Notes: generated by a model from the sequence alone, not told the origin. Positions 7,097-17,633 are shown, numbered from the stretch's first letter. The stretch: DNA of 64,000 nucleotides from a bacterium (GCA_963692865.2 OY843592.1:1184001-1248000), one strand, 5' to 3'. Numbers and translations: made by a program.

Positions 7097-8623
7097 TCAC
7101 TCCGGCGCCCGGCCGCTGCGCTGCGTCATGCCCAGCAGCCTTTCCCGGATTTCTCCGTTCCATGCGCCCTCGCGCATCCGCCAGACCCAGTTGCCCTGCG
7201 GGACGCCGGGGCGGTTCATGCGGCCCTCGTTGCCGAGACCCAGGACGTCCTGGGCGGGGATGACGGCGAGGGCGGCTTGGGACTTCATCGCCGCGCGGAT
7301 CATCGACCAGTGGATGTCCTCGGGTTCGCCGCCGAAGGTTCTGAGCGCCGTGGCGCGCGAGATGGCGAAGCCGGCGGGCGTCTCGTTGCGCAGAATCGGG
7401 TCCGCGCCGTGGAACCAGCCGAGAGCCGTGTCGTTGTCGTGCGTGCCGGTGTAGACCACCGCGTTCTCGGGAATGTTGTGGGGCAGATGGGGGTTGTCCG
7501 GGCTGCCGTCGAATGCGAACTGCAGGACGCGCATGCCGGGCAGGCCGAAGCGATCCCGCAGCGCGTGAACGTCGTTTCCCACCGAACCGAGATCCTCGGC
7601 GATGAGCGGCAGCGCGCCCAATTCCTCCTCCATGGCGCTGAAAAAGGCCTCCCCCGGCCCCTCGCGCCAGGCGCCGTCTTTGGGTGATTCGGCGCCCGCC
7701 GGGATCGCCCAGAAGCGCGCGAAGCCGATGAAATGATCGAGGCGCAAGGCGTCGAACCGTTCAACGTTCACGGCGAGGCGCATCTTCCACCAGACGAAAT
7801 TCTCCTCACGGTGCGCGGCCCAGTCGTAGAGGGGATTCCCCCAGTGCTGGCCATCCTGGTTGAAGTAATCGGGCGGCGCGCCCGCATAGGCGATCGGTCG
7901 GCGCGCCTCATCGAGTTCGAACAGGTGCGTCCGCGCCCATACGTCCGCCGAGTCATGGGCGACGTAGATGGGAATATCCCCGATGAGGCCGACTCCTTTC
8001 CCGGCGGCGTAGTCCTTGAGGGCGCGCCACTGGCGGTCGAAAAGAAACTGCTCGAAGCGCGTGTAGCGAACGTTTTTTTCGAACTCGGGATCATCGGGGT
8101 CATTGTGCCTTGCATCATCGGGCCATTCCCACCAGGGAGATCCGCCGAAGGCGCGCTTGAGCGCACGGAACCGCGCGTAATCGGTCAGCCAGCCGGCCTG
8201 GGCTTCGCAGAACCCGGAATACGCCGCGTCATTCGTCCCGCCGCCGTTAGAGAAGACCTCGAACGCCTCCGCGAGCAGCGATTCGTGTACCTGGAGCGTC
8301 TGGGCAGGCTCGATATCCCCATCGTCGGGCAGACGATGGTTCTCCAAATTTTCCGGGGAGAGCAGACCCTCTTCTACGAGCGCATCGAGCGATATCAGCA
8401 ACGGGTTTCCCGCAAAGGTGGATGAGGAAACGTAAGGCGAGCCCGTCTCGTCGGTGGGGCATACGGGCAGCATCTGCCACCAGCCCTGGCCGGAGGATGC
8501 GAGCAGATCGACGAACTCGAACGCTCCCGGCCCCAGATCGCCGAAGCCCGCCTCGCTCGGCAGCGAGGTGGGGTGGAGCAGGATGCCGCTCTTTCTGGCG
8601 TGAAGCGGATTCTCGGGGCTCAT
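7097..8623 (-). CDS. malQ: 4-alpha-glucanotransferase (amylomaltase, GH77)
   Basis: SGILLHPTSLP, WQMLP, GDIPIYV, QHWGNPLY, RLDHFIGF, IAEDLG, YTGTHDNDT and RMNRPG motifs. Confidence 0.95.
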   Translation of the reverse strand: MSPENPLHARKSGILLHPTSLPSEAGFGDLGPGAFEFVDLLASSGQGWWQMLPVCPTDETGSPYVSSSTFAGNPLLISLDALVEEGLLSPENLENHRLPDDGDIEPAQTLQVHESLLAEAFEVFSNGGGTNDAAYSGFCEAQAGWLTDYARFRALKRAFGGSPWWEWPDDARHNDPDDPEFEKNVRYTRFEQFLFDRQWRALKDYAAGKGVGLIGDIPIYVAHDSADVWARTHLFELDEARRPIAYAGAPPDYFNQDGQHWGNPLYDWAAHREENFVWWKMRLAVNVERFDALRLDHFIGFARFWAIPAGAESPKDGAWREGPGEAFFSAMEEELGALPLIAEDLGSVGNDVHALRDRFGLPGMRVLQFAFDGSPDNPHLPHNIPENAVVYTGTHDNDTALGWFHGADPILRNETPAGFAISRATALRTFGGEPEDIHWSMIRAAMKSQAALAVIPAQDVLGLGNEGRMNRPGVPQGNWVWRMREGAWNGEIRERLLGMTQRSGRAPE

Positions 8624-8744
8624 GTGCAAGGCTCATCCGTTCGAAAAGCGTTTCTCGCAGTCGCTTCATCTCGCGTCGGGCGCGTCGCTTGACTGATCAT
8701 ATCGCATGGGCGGGGCGTATGTTCAAGCTCCGCCGGGTCTTGGC

Positions 8745-9845
8745 CTAGTGTCCCTCCCCGAGGGGGAGCTTCACGGCGTCGCCTGTGCGGGCCGATTCCT
8801 CCATGGCGATGGTCACCTCGAGCGTCTGGCGCGCGTCTTCCGCCGTGGCGAGGTGGCAGGGGCGCCCCGTAGACAGGTGATCCAGCCAGCTCCTGGTTTC
8901 ATCGCCGATGGGGCCGTACATGGTGTCGAGCGCCCAGTCGCCGGACGACGTGCTGCCGAGAAAGACCATCGGCAAATTGTGGTCGGGCACATAGGCGTGC
9001 GGATAGCCCTTTTCGGTGTAGAGGATATTCTCCTTGTGGTCCTCATCGAAGAGCATCACCCCGTCCGTGCCGATGACTTCCAGGCGGATGCTCTGCCCCG
9101 CCGTCGGGTACTTCGCGGGAAGCGCGTAGCAGATGCCGAGGTTTACGGTGGCGCCGTCGGCGAAGGTGATGATCGCCCAGCTCACGTCGTCCACATTGGG
9201 ATAGCCCGCCTCCTTGAAGACGAAACCGCCTCCCCGGCATATCACCTCCACCGGCGGGTTTCCCTCCATGAACCAGCACATCATGTCGACCCAGTAGGTG
9301 AGCACGTCGAGAACAGGCGTGGCGTCCGCCGAGCGCTTGAGTATCTCGAACGCCTGCGCCCTGGTGTTGAACACGCGGCCCGTCGCGCCGATGAGCCTGC
9401 CCAGGCGGCCCTCCTTGATTTGTTCTTTCCCCAGGAAATAGCGCCGCTTGTAGCGCATGATGTAGCCCACCCGGAGGTCGGTCTCGTATCTTTCCGCCGC
9501 GCTCAAGAGCCGGTCGGCGTCCTCCAGCGTCATGGCGATGGGCTTTTCCACCAGCACGGGCTTGCCGAGCTCCAAAGCCTGAAGCACCGGCTCCACGTGG
9601 GCGAACTCCGAAGTCGAGACGATGACGGCGCCCACGTCGGGATGGGAGATGACCTCCTCGTTGCTCCCGGACGCCACCTGCGCGCCCACGCGTTCGCCCA
9701 GGGCCTTCGCGCGCTCGGGTTCGGCGTCCGAAATCGCCAGAAAGCGAACGGCGGGGTGCTGCGCCGCGAGGCGCGAGCGGTGCGCGCCGATTCTTCCGGC
9801 GCCCACGACGGCTACCCCGAGTTCTTTCCTGTCGAAAAGCGTCAA
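8745..9845 (-). CDS. Gfo/Idh/MocA family oxidoreductase
   Basis: VGAGRIG and VLVEKPIA motifs. Confidence 0.88.
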   Translation of the reverse strand: MTLFDRKELGVAVVGAGRIGAHRSRLAAQHPAVRFLAISDAEPERAKALGERVGAQVASGSNEEVISHPDVGAVIVSTSEFAHVEPVLQALELGKPVLVEKPIAMTLEDADRLLSAAERYETDLRVGYIMRYKRRYFLGKEQIKEGRLGRLIGATGRVFNTRAQAFEILKRSADATPVLDVLTYWVDMMCWFMEGNPPVEVICRGGGFVFKEAGYPNVDDVSWAIITFADGATVNLGICYALPAKYPTAGQSIRLEVIGTDGVMLFDEDHKENILYTEKGYPHAYVPDHNLPMVFLGSTSSGDWALDTMYGPIGDETRSWLDHLSTGRPCHLATAEDARQTLEVTIAMEESARTGDAVKLPLGEGH

Positions 9846-10000
9846 CGCGGGCCTCCTGCATGATGTCGGATGGAAACGGCGCGGACATTCTACGCCGCGC
9901 GTCAGCCGCCTTCAATCGGAATGCGGGTGGTAGGGCCTCGTTTGACTGTCCGGGAATTTTCTTGCGTCTTGCCGGAATCAGGATGGACGCGCCTCAAGCC

Positions 10001-11221
10001 TCAAAGAAGCAGGCGGTCGTCCATGCGCGAGCGCGTCAGCACCTCGTGCCCCTCTTCGGTGATGAGCACCGTCTCCTCGATGCGCACGCCGCCGCCACCG
10101 GGCACGTCGGGCACCCAGATGAGCGGCTCGATGGCGAACACCATCCCCGGCTCGAGATCCACTTCTTCGGAATCGGGGTCGGGTTCCCCGATGTAGGGAG
10201 GCTCGTTGGGCGATGTGCCCACCGCGTGGCCGATGCTGAGCGAAAACCAGTTTTTTCTCAAGCCGTACTTCTCGCCCGTCTCCCAGATTCGCTCGGCCAC
10301 CTGCTTGTTCGTGAAACCGGGGCGGGTGCGATCGAGTCCCAACTGCAGCGATTCATGTACGGCCGTGTAGATTTCCTTTTGCCGTTTCGAGGGTTTTCCG
10401 CAGATCATCGTTCGGGCCACGTCGCCGAAATATCCGTTCCACTGCGCGCCGATGTCGATGAACACCAGATCGCCGCTGCGGATGATCTTGTCGCTCGCGA
10501 AACGGTAGGGCGGCGACATGTGCTCTCCCGAGGCGACGAAGGGGGAGACCAGATGCGCCATTTCGCCACCGTAGTGATGGAGCACCTTCATCGCGTCCGC
10601 CGCCACGTCGCACTCGCGCTTTCCCGCCCGCACGCTGTCCATGGCCTCCTCGTTCACGGCGTCGGCGATCGCGCAGGCCTCGCGGATCATGTAGACCTCC
10701 TCGGGCATCTTGTGACGCCGCACCTTGTGCATGAACGAATCGCCGTTCACGAACTCCACGTCGCCCAGATGCTTCTGGTAGGCGCTGAACTGGATGAACG
10801 TCATCAGGTCCAGGCCCACCCGCTTGCCGATGAGGCCGAGGTCTTCAAAGAGGGGGCGCAGCGTCTCGCGGATCATCTTGTCCACGAGGGGCTGTTCCTC
10901 CATCTTCGCGAGGTGATGGAATTTCTCTATCCAGGGCATGTCGCGCGAGACGCGGGGTATCTCGCCCCCGTTGGTCATGATGTGGGCTCTCCCCTCCCTG
11001 GGGAGGATGACGGCGTTTCTCGTTCCCTCGCGGTGCGCCAGGAAAGAAGAGCGCATGCTCGTGAGGTAGCGCACGTTTTCGACCTTCCAGAGGAAAAGTG
11101 CGTCGATATCCGCCTCGGCCATCGCCTTTTGCGCCTTGTCCACGCGCTTTTGGCGGAGTGCGCCCACGTCGACGCGTTCCTCGTAGTCGACGTTGAATTG
11201 GCCCCGCGCGAATCCCGGCAT
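10001..11221 (-). CDS. M24 Xaa-Pro peptidase family protein with intact metal ligands
   Basis: Creatinase-type N-domain (NVRYLT) plus D-D-H-E-E ligands (FIDIG, GDVART, GHAVG, IEP, RIEETV); start set by GAGGAG RBS. Confidence 0.85.
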   Translation of the reverse strand: MPGFARGQFNVDYEERVDVGALRQKRVDKAQKAMAEADIDALFLWKVENVRYLTSMRSSFLAHREGTRNAVILPREGRAHIMTNGGEIPRVSRDMPWIEKFHHLAKMEEQPLVDKMIRETLRPLFEDLGLIGKRVGLDLMTFIQFSAYQKHLGDVEFVNGDSFMHKVRRHKMPEEVYMIREACAIADAVNEEAMDSVRAGKRECDVAADAMKVLHHYGGEMAHLVSPFVASGEHMSPPYRFASDKIIRSGDLVFIDIGAQWNGYFGDVARTMICGKPSKRQKEIYTAVHESLQLGLDRTRPGFTNKQVAERIWETGEKYGLRKNWFSLSIGHAVGTSPNEPPYIGEPDPDSEEVDLEPGMVFAIEPLIWVPDVPGGGGVRIEETVLITEEGHEVLTRSRMDDRLLL

Positions 11222-11316
11222 GAATTTCATCTCCTCAGGCGAGGACGCCCTCACGCGATTATCGAAAACCGCGCGCCGCGCCGCCCCGTATGTGCTGCAT
11301 GAAAAATGAAGTGTTA

Positions 11317-11697
11317 TTAAAGTTCTTCCACCAGTTCGATCACGACGTTATCGGGCGCGATGATGAAGGCAGTACGCGAACCCAGAACGCCGTCTCCCGG
11401 TTTTTTCGTGAAGACGACGCCCGCCTTCTCCAGGCGTTGGGCCACCTCGTCGATGCCTTCGACCTGGATTCCGAAATGGTGGAGGCCGCGCCCCACCTTC
11501 GCGGTGGAATCGTCCTCGTCGGCCCTTAAGCCGCGAATGCGGATCTCCACCTCCCCGAGCATCACGCTGATGTAGGGGGAGCCGCGGTATTCGATCTCCG
11601 GCGTGAACAACTCGCCGCCGAAGTGCTTGATGTAGAAATCCGCCGCCGCCTGCGGGTCCTTGGCGACGTGGTGCACGTGATGGGTTCGTGAGGCCAC
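11317..11697 (-). CDS. VOC/glyoxalase family protein
   Basis: HHVHH, AADFY, GLHHFGIQV and APDNVVIELVE motifs. Confidence 0.88.
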   Translation of the reverse strand: MASRTHHVHHVAKDPQAAADFYIKHFGGELFTPEIEYRGSPYISVMLGEVEIRIRGLRADEDDSTAKVGRGLHHFGIQVEGIDEVAQRLEKAGVVFTKKPGDGVLGSRTAFIIAPDNVVIELVEEL

Positions 11698-11726
11698 CCT
11701 CTTTTCCTCCCTTGTTCTCGATGGGT

Positions 11727-13004
11727 CTAGAGGCCGTCGCCGACGGCGACGTATGCGCCGCCGGGCACGGGGTTTTCATCCTCGCTTCGCGCGCCCCACT
11801 CGCCGGTGATGGCGTACATCGCGCGCACCTTCTTCATGTTGTTTCCGCCGTCGCTGGAGAAAAGCATGTTGTGCGTGTCGCGGAACCATTTCTCCAGGAA
11901 ATTCTCGCGCTGCACGCCCTCGCCCGCGTGAATCTCCATCGCCATCTTCGTCACGTCGCAGGAGATCTCGTGCGCGAAGGCGCTGGCGGTGAGCGTCATC
12001 GGCGGGTCGACGGGAATCTCGTGGCGCATGTCCTGGCGCCACGCCGCGTAGTGCACGTAGGCGCGCGCCGCCTGGATTTTCGTGTACATGTCGACGAGCT
12101 TGATGCCGACCGACTGGTGGTGCGCGATGGGGCGTCCGCTTTGTTTGCGGTTTTGCGCGAATTCGAGCGATTTCTCATACGCCGCGCGCGCCACGCCAAT
12201 CTGGCCCGCCGCGTTGATGAGGGCGTCGCCGCGCAGGTGGCGTCTGATGTAGGAAACGCCGCAGTTCTCGGGACCCAGGCGGTATTTCGCGGGGATTATC
12301 GCGTCCTCGAAAATGATCTCCGCGTTCTGGTTCAGGCGGTAGCCCATCTTGTTGTGCACCTTGCCCATCTTCACGCCGGGCGCGTCCATGGGCACCATGA
12401 GGAGGGAAGCCCCCTGCTCGACGCCCACGTCGGGGTTCGTGCGGACGAACGTGAACATGAGCCGCGCCCAGCCGACGTTCGAGATGAAGTGCTTCTTCCC
12501 GTTCACGATGTAGTTGTCGCCGTCGAGCACGGCGGTGGTCTGGTATCCGCCGTCCGCACCGTTGTAGGGGAGCTGGTTCTCGGAACCGGATATAGGCTCG
12601 GTCGTCGCCGTGCCGATGAGGAACGTGGGGTCGCTCACGTACTCGCGCATCCAGTAGTCCGCCAGTTCCGGGTCTCCCAGAAGCTCGCTCGCGAGAATGT
12701 GGGCGATCTTCGTGGAAGATAGCATGAACCCCGTGGCGCCCCTGTCGCCCCAGGAGATCTCCTCGCCCACGATGCAGTGCGTGAGCAGATCGTCCACGCC
12801 GCCGCCCCCGTATTCCTTGGGAATGCTCATCGTTCTGAGACCCGTCTTGTCGAGTTTTTCGAGAAGGTGGGGCATGTAGGCGCAATCGAGCGGGTCTTCC
12901 TGATGGTCCAGCTCCAGGCTGATGGGCCGGATTTCATCCCGCGCGAATTCATGCGCTATTCTCTGATATTCTTTTTGCTCATCGGTCATTCGGTAGTCGT
13001 ACAT
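11727..13004 (-). CDS. Acyl-CoA dehydrogenase family flavoprotein with Asp at the catalytic position
   Basis: IPKEYGG, TEPISGS, NGKKHFISN, KMG, RKQSGRPI and EIHAGEG motifs; C-terminal SDGGN instead of the usual YEGT. Confidence 0.88.
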   Translation of the reverse strand: MYDYRMTDEQKEYQRIAHEFARDEIRPISLELDHQEDPLDCAYMPHLLEKLDKTGLRTMSIPKEYGGGGVDDLLTHCIVGEEISWGDRGATGFMLSSTKIAHILASELLGDPELADYWMREYVSDPTFLIGTATTEPISGSENQLPYNGADGGYQTTAVLDGDNYIVNGKKHFISNVGWARLMFTFVRTNPDVGVEQGASLLMVPMDAPGVKMGKVHNKMGYRLNQNAEIIFEDAIIPAKYRLGPENCGVSYIRRHLRGDALINAAGQIGVARAAYEKSLEFAQNRKQSGRPIAHHQSVGIKLVDMYTKIQAARAYVHYAAWRQDMRHEIPVDPPMTLTASAFAHEISCDVTKMAMEIHAGEGVQRENFLEKWFRDTHNMLFSSDGGNNMKKVRAMYAITGEWGARSEDENPVPGGAYVAVGDGL

Positions 13005-13058
13005 CGGTCTCCTTCCTTCCAGTGATGGGCGGGTCTACCCCGCCGGAGCCATTCGCGC

Positions 13059-14090
13059 CTAGTCGACTTCTTCTAGCACCTCCGCCACTTCCACGGGCTC
13101 GCCGCGCTCCCATGAGCGCATGGCCGCCCACACGGCGCCCAGAACGTGGAGTCCTTCCGCGCCGCCCACCTCGGGCGGGCGGTTATCCCGGACGGCGCCT
13201 GCGAAATCCTTGAACTCTTCTATCAGGTAATCCTGCCTGGGGTATTCCTCATAAGGGATCTCTTCGCGCTTCTCCCCGTCTTTGCGCAGGATTTTGATGC
13301 CCTCCCATCTGTCGTGGTAGAGGTTCGCCTCATCCCCGTAGGCGTTCATGAAATAGGTGTAACGCCCGTTCGGCGTGCGCGGGCTGATGAAGCTCGTCCC
13401 CAGCGTGCCGAGCAGGCCGGATTCGAATTCGAACCACACGACGCTCACGTCGGGAATTTCCGATTTTGTCTTTATTTTGCTGAACGCCGCGGACGCGCGC
13501 TTTATCGGCCCGTAGAGATAGAGCAGGTTGTCCACCTGGTGTATGGCCACCTGGAGCAGCGGGCCGCCGGGGGAGCCTTCCGCGTACCATTGCCAGTTGT
13601 CCGGCGTGTAGTGAAGCCCCCGGTCGTTCGAGTAATTGGTCTCGGCCATCGCCAGGGTGCCGATGGTTCCCTCATCAAGCAGTTGTTTGAAGAGGCGATG
13701 GCCCCTGAGCCATCTCGAACTCGCGCCCACCGCCAGGGTGACGCCGGCGTCCTCACACGCGCGGATCATCTTCTTGGCATCCGGGATGGAGGCGGCGATC
13801 GGCTTGTCGACGAGCACGTGCTTCCCCTGCTCGGCGGCCGCCATGGCGAGTTCGGCGTGCTTGTTGTTGGGCGCCGCGATGACCACGGCGTCCACCTCGG
13901 GGTGGCGCACAACCGCCTCGTAGCTCTCCTCCTCCCCGCAGGAGAATTTTTCGGTGAATGCCCGGCGTTTTTCGGGCGTTCTGGTGAAGCACGTGGTGAT
14001 TTTCATCCCGGGCGTTCTTTCGATATAGGACGCCAGGGTGTTGCCCCAGCGGCCCAGCCCGACCACGGCCACCTTGAGTGGATCGCTCAT
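13059..14090 (-). CDS. Gfo/Idh/MocA family oxidoreductase
   Basis: VVGLGRWG, HVLVDKPIA and GGPLLQVAIHQVD motifs; start moved to ATG 14090 (GAGGAG RBS). Confidence 0.88.
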   Translation of the reverse strand: MSDPLKVAVVGLGRWGNTLASYIERTPGMKITTCFTRTPEKRRAFTEKFSCGEEESYEAVVRHPEVDAVVIAAPNNKHAELAMAAAEQGKHVLVDKPIAASIPDAKKMIRACEDAGVTLAVGASSRWLRGHRLFKQLLDEGTIGTLAMAETNYSNDRGLHYTPDNWQWYAEGSPGGPLLQVAIHQVDNLLYLYGPIKRASAAFSKIKTKSEIPDVSVVWFEFESGLLGTLGTSFISPRTPNGRYTYFMNAYGDEANLYHDRWEGIKILRKDGEKREEIPYEEYPRQDYLIEEFKDFAGAVRDNRPPEVGGAEGLHVLGAVWAAMRSWERGEPVEVAEVLEEVD

Positions 14091-14119
14091 CAAATTTCTC
14101 TCCTCATTCCGTAACGAAC

Positions 14120-15025
14120 TCACAACGATTTCAAACGCGGGTCCAGCACGTTTCTCAGCCAGTCGCCCACCAGGTTCGCTCCCAGAACCGTCACCGTAAT
14201 CGCCAGACCGGGCAGGGTGACGACCCACCAGGAGGTGTAGAGGTGCACCTTTCCGTCGCTGAGCAGACCGCCCCAGGTGGGCGTGGGCGGCGGCACGCCG
14301 AGGCCCAGAAAGCTCAGGCCCGCCTCGATGATGATCATCCGCCCCAGATAGAGCGACGCGATGATGATGACGGGCGCGAGGACGTTCGGGAGAATGTGGC
14401 GGACGATGATGCGGAGATGGCTACCGCCGATGCTCCGCGCCGCCTGGACGAACTCCTGCTCGCGCAGCGTGAGCACCTCGCCGCGCACGACGCGGGCGTA
14501 GATAACCCAGATGCGCATCGACATCACGAGTATCAACACGACCAAGCTCGGCCCGACGATGGCGATGGTCGCCAGCGCCAGAAGAATGAACGGGAACGAG
14601 AGCACCAGGTCCACGAGCCGCATGAGCAGAAAATCCACCTTCCCGCCGAAATAACCCGCCACCAGCCCCACGCAAAGACCGAAACATCCCGTGAGCAAAA
14701 CGGCGAAGAACCCCACCAGCAGGGAGATGCGCGCGCCGTAGATGAGCCTGCTCAGAAAATCCCGCCCCAGATGGTCCGTGCCGAGCAGATAGATTTGCCG
14801 GCCGTCCGACCACATGGGCGGCTTCAAGTTTCTGTCCAGCAGTTGCGCCTGGGGGTCCATGGGCGCGAGCAGCGGCGCGAAGACGGCCATCACCACCACG
14901 GATATCAGGATGACGCAGCCCAGGAGCGCCGATTTATCCTTCCACAGGGACGCCCATATCCTCGGGCGCTCGGGGAGTTCCTCGATCTCCACGGAATCCT
15001 GAAAGGTGAGCGCTTGTTCTCTCAT
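14120..15025 (-). CDS. Peptide/nickel ABC transporter permease (DppC/OppC type)
   Basis: LGTDHLGRD, GARISL, EFVQAARSIG, HILPN and EAGLSFLGLG motifs; ATG 15025 overlaps the upstream permease stop (ATGA). Confidence 0.92.
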   Translation of the reverse strand: MREQALTFQDSVEIEELPERPRIWASLWKDKSALLGCVILISVVVMAVFAPLLAPMDPQAQLLDRNLKPPMWSDGRQIYLLGTDHLGRDFLSRLIYGARISLLVGFFAVLLTGCFGLCVGLVAGYFGGKVDFLLMRLVDLVLSFPFILLALATIAIVGPSLVVLILVMSMRIWVIYARVVRGEVLTLREQEFVQAARSIGGSHLRIIVRHILPNVLAPVIIIASLYLGRMIIIEAGLSFLGLGVPPPTPTWGGLLSDGKVHLYTSWWVVTLPGLAITVTVLGANLVGDWLRNVLDPRLKSL

Positions 15026-15939
15026 TCGTACGATATCCGCGGATCGAGATAGGCGTAGACGAGGTCCACCGTCAGATTGATGAGCACGAACCCCGACGCC
15101 AGAAGAAACACGGCGGCCTGTACGATCGGGAAGTCGCGGTTCGCGATTGAATCGACCACCAGCCGCCCGACTCCAGGCCAGGCGAAAACGACCTCGATGA
15201 TCACGGTTCCGCCGAGGAGTATGCCCAAATCCAGACCCATGACGGTCACGATGGGAATCGAGGAGTTCTTCAGTGCATGAACCATGAGTACGATTTTTTC
15301 GCTCAGCCCCTTCGCCCGAGCCGTGGTGATGTAGTCCTGGCGCAGCACCTCGAGCATCTGGGAGCGCATGAGCCTCGCGAGCCGGGCGAGGTGATACGTG
15401 GAGGCGGCGAAAGCCGGCATGATGAAATGCTCCCATCCGCCGCGGCCGAAGGAGGGCAGAAGTCCCAGCGTCACGGAGAAGAACATGATGAACATGATCG
15501 CCAGCCAGAAATCGGGGACCGCCTGCATCAGCACCGTAATGCCCACGCAGCCCTTGTCGTAGGACGAGCCTTCCTTGAAGGCCGCCAGACAGCCGAAGGG
15601 AATCCCGATGAGCACGGCGAAGGCAAAGGCCCCGACCGCCATCTCTATCGTCGCCGGAAAATGTTCCAGAACGAGCCCCATGGCCGATTCGCCGTGTTCG
15701 GTGGATTCCCCGAAATTCCCCTGGAGAGCGTTCGAGAAAAACCGCCCGTACTGTACGTGGAGCGGCTGGTCGAAGCCCATGAGTTTTCTCAAGTGCTCGA
15801 TGTCTTCGTGGGTCGCATCGGTATCGAGCATCACCAGAACGGGGTCGCCCGTCATGTGGAGCAGGAGAAACACGATGATCATGACGCACTTGAGGAGGAC
15901 GATTGCCTGAATCAAGCGCTTGACGACATATCCGGCCAT
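15022..15939 (-). CDS. Peptide/nickel ABC transporter permease (DppB/OppB type)
   Basis: GDP, GNFGES, PATIE, DYITTARAKGL, EVVFAWPGVG and DPRI motifs. Confidence 0.93.
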   Translation of the reverse strand: MAGYVVKRLIQAIVLLKCVMIIVFLLLHMTGDPVLVMLDTDATHEDIEHLRKLMGFDQPLHVQYGRFFSNALQGNFGESTEHGESAMGLVLEHFPATIEMAVGAFAFAVLIGIPFGCLAAFKEGSSYDKGCVGITVLMQAVPDFWLAIMFIMFFSVTLGLLPSFGRGGWEHFIMPAFAASTYHLARLARLMRSQMLEVLRQDYITTARAKGLSEKIVLMVHALKNSSIPIVTVMGLDLGILLGGTVIIEVVFAWPGVGRLVVDSIANRDFPIVQAAVFLLASGFVLINLTVDLVYAYLDPRISYE

Positions 15940-15999
15940 AAAACCACCCAGCGACTAGGAACTGTCTTGTTTCAATACGAGGACGACATTCGTTTATCC

Positions 16000-16036
16000 G
16001 CCGGAGGGTCGCGCCCGGCGAAAACCACCCTCCGGC
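16000..16036. other. Intercistronic stem-loop between the binding-protein and permease genes
   Basis: GCCGGAGGGT...ACCCTCCGGC inverted repeat just downstream of the SBP stop. Confidence 0.45.
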
Positions 16037-16118
16037 AGGCGGCTTGCGAACGCCTCCGGCCGGGGCGGGTTCATGCCCGCGCCCGACCGGAGCTTCGCCT
16101 CGAACCAAAGATTTGTAT

Positions 16119-17633
16119 CTACTTCAAGCCGACCTCGGCGGCTATCAGTTTTCCGTCGGCGCGCGGTTTCCAGTCTATCTTCTTGTTTGCGCCGAAGATG
16201 CGGAAAGTCTGATACAGCGGAACGATCGGGACCTTCTCGTGACGCAGAACGCGGGCGATTTCCTGGTATTTCTTCTCCCGCGCCTTGTTATCCAGCGTCG
16301 AGCGCGCGTCGTTGATCATCGCGTCCACGGCCTTGTCGCGGAATCCGCCGTAGGCCGAGCGGCTGCTGATAGCGCCGGCGAACATGTGCTCTGCGCTGAA
16401 GGCCGTGTTCATCCGCGCCAGATAGTACAGGAACGGTTTTACGTTCTTCTTGTACTTGCCGAAGATGATCTTCTTCATCGCGCCCCATTCCATCACGCGG
16501 ACGTTCGCCTTGAGGCCGACCTTCGCCCACTGGCCGGCGATGCCCTCGAGCGCTTCCTTGCCCATCATGAAGCGTCCGCGGGGGATGTACACGTCGAAGG
16601 AGAATCCCTTCGCGAATCCGGCCTCGGCGAGCAGCTTCTTCGCCTGGGCGGGGTCGTAGGGATAGGGTTTGAGTTCGGGATTGAAGCCGAAGCTCGCGGG
16701 GCCCTGAATGATCGCCACCGATTTGGCGAAGCCCATCATCACGTTCTTGGTGATGGCTTCGCGGTTGATGGCGAGGTTCATCGCCCTGCGTACCCGCACG
16801 TCCATCCAGGGCGCGCCCTCTTTGATCACCATCAGGATGTAGTTGGTGCGCGGCGACTGCTTGGCGATGACGTCCGTTTTGCCGCTTGCCCGGACGCGGT
16901 CGCTCAAGGCCGGAGGCAGGTTGTCGATCACGTCCACGTCACCGGAGATGAGTGCTGAGACGCGCGTGGTGGACTCGGGGATGAACTTCACCACCGCCGT
17001 CTTCACCTTCGATTTTCTCCAGGCGTTGGGGTTCGCTTCGTAGATGACCTCCTGGCCCTTGCGCCATTTCTTCATCACGAAGGGCCCGCTGCCCACCGGG
17101 TTGCGGGAGAGATGTTTCTTGTCGTGTTTCTTGTAATACTCGGGCGGCACGATGAAGCCGTAGATCGCCAGAAACGGCGGGAGCATGGGGTCTGGTTTTT
17201 TCGTGTGAATCCGGACCGTGTGCTCATCGACCACTTCCAGCTTCGCCATGCTCTTGAAGTAGCGGTACTGCCTCGATTTCATCTTGGGGTCGAGAATCCG
17301 CTCGAAGCTGAACTTGACGGCAGCCGCGTTCACGGGATCGCCGTTGCTGAACTTGACCCCCTTCCTGAGCTTGAACTCCCACACCTTGGGGCTCACCATC
17401 TTGTAGCTTTCGGCGAGCTGGTGCGTCATGGAGCCGTCGGGAGCGCGCGCGAGCAGCGTCTCGAAGACGTTCGGGTGGTGCATCGAAATCGGCAGGGAAC
17501 TGAAGGTGTGGGGGTCGAACGTCGTCAGCGCGCCGGCCATCCCCAGCACGACCTTCCCCTTGGGCGCCGCTTTCGCTCCCGCGGGAAGCAGCAACAGCGA
17601 CAGTACGACCATCCAAAGCCAAAGCCTCTTCAT
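16119..17633 (-). CDS. ABC transporter substrate-binding protein, family 5 (DppA-like), with signal peptide
   Basis: MKRLWLWMVVLSLLLLPAGAKA signal; FETL, LAES, FKLRKGVKFSNG, PVGSGPF, RVRRAMNLAINR and YDPAQAKKLL motifs. Confidence 0.93.
   Translation of the reverse strand: MKRLWLWMVVLSLLLLPAGAKAAPKGKVVLGMAGALTTFDPHTFSSLPISMHHPNVFETLLARAPDGSMTHQLAESYKMVSPKVWEFKLRKGVKFSNGDPVNAAAVKFSFERILDPKMKSRQYRYFKSMAKLEVVDEHTVRIHTKKPDPMLPPFLAIYGFIVPPEYYKKHDKKHLSRNPVGSGPFVMKKWRKGQEVIYEANPNAWRKSKVKTAVVKFIPESTTRVSALISGDVDVIDNLPPALSDRVRASGKTDVIAKQSPRTNYILMVIKEGAPWMDVRVRRAMNLAINREAITKNVMMGFAKSVAIIQGPASFGFNPELKPYPYDPAQAKKLLAEAGFAKGFSFDVYIPRGRFMMGKEALEGIAGQWAKVGLKANVRVMEWGAMKKIIFGKYKKNVKPFLYYLARMNTAFSAEHMFAGAISSRSAYGGFRDKAVDAMINDARSTLDNKAREKKYQEIARVLRHEKVPIVPLYQTFRIFGANKKIDWKPRADGKLIAAEVGLK

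Noticed and set aside
14120-16108. 662-aa fused permease ORF
   Set aside because: The N-terminal part is an off-frame overlap of the DppB-type gene; the real permease starts at ATG 15025.
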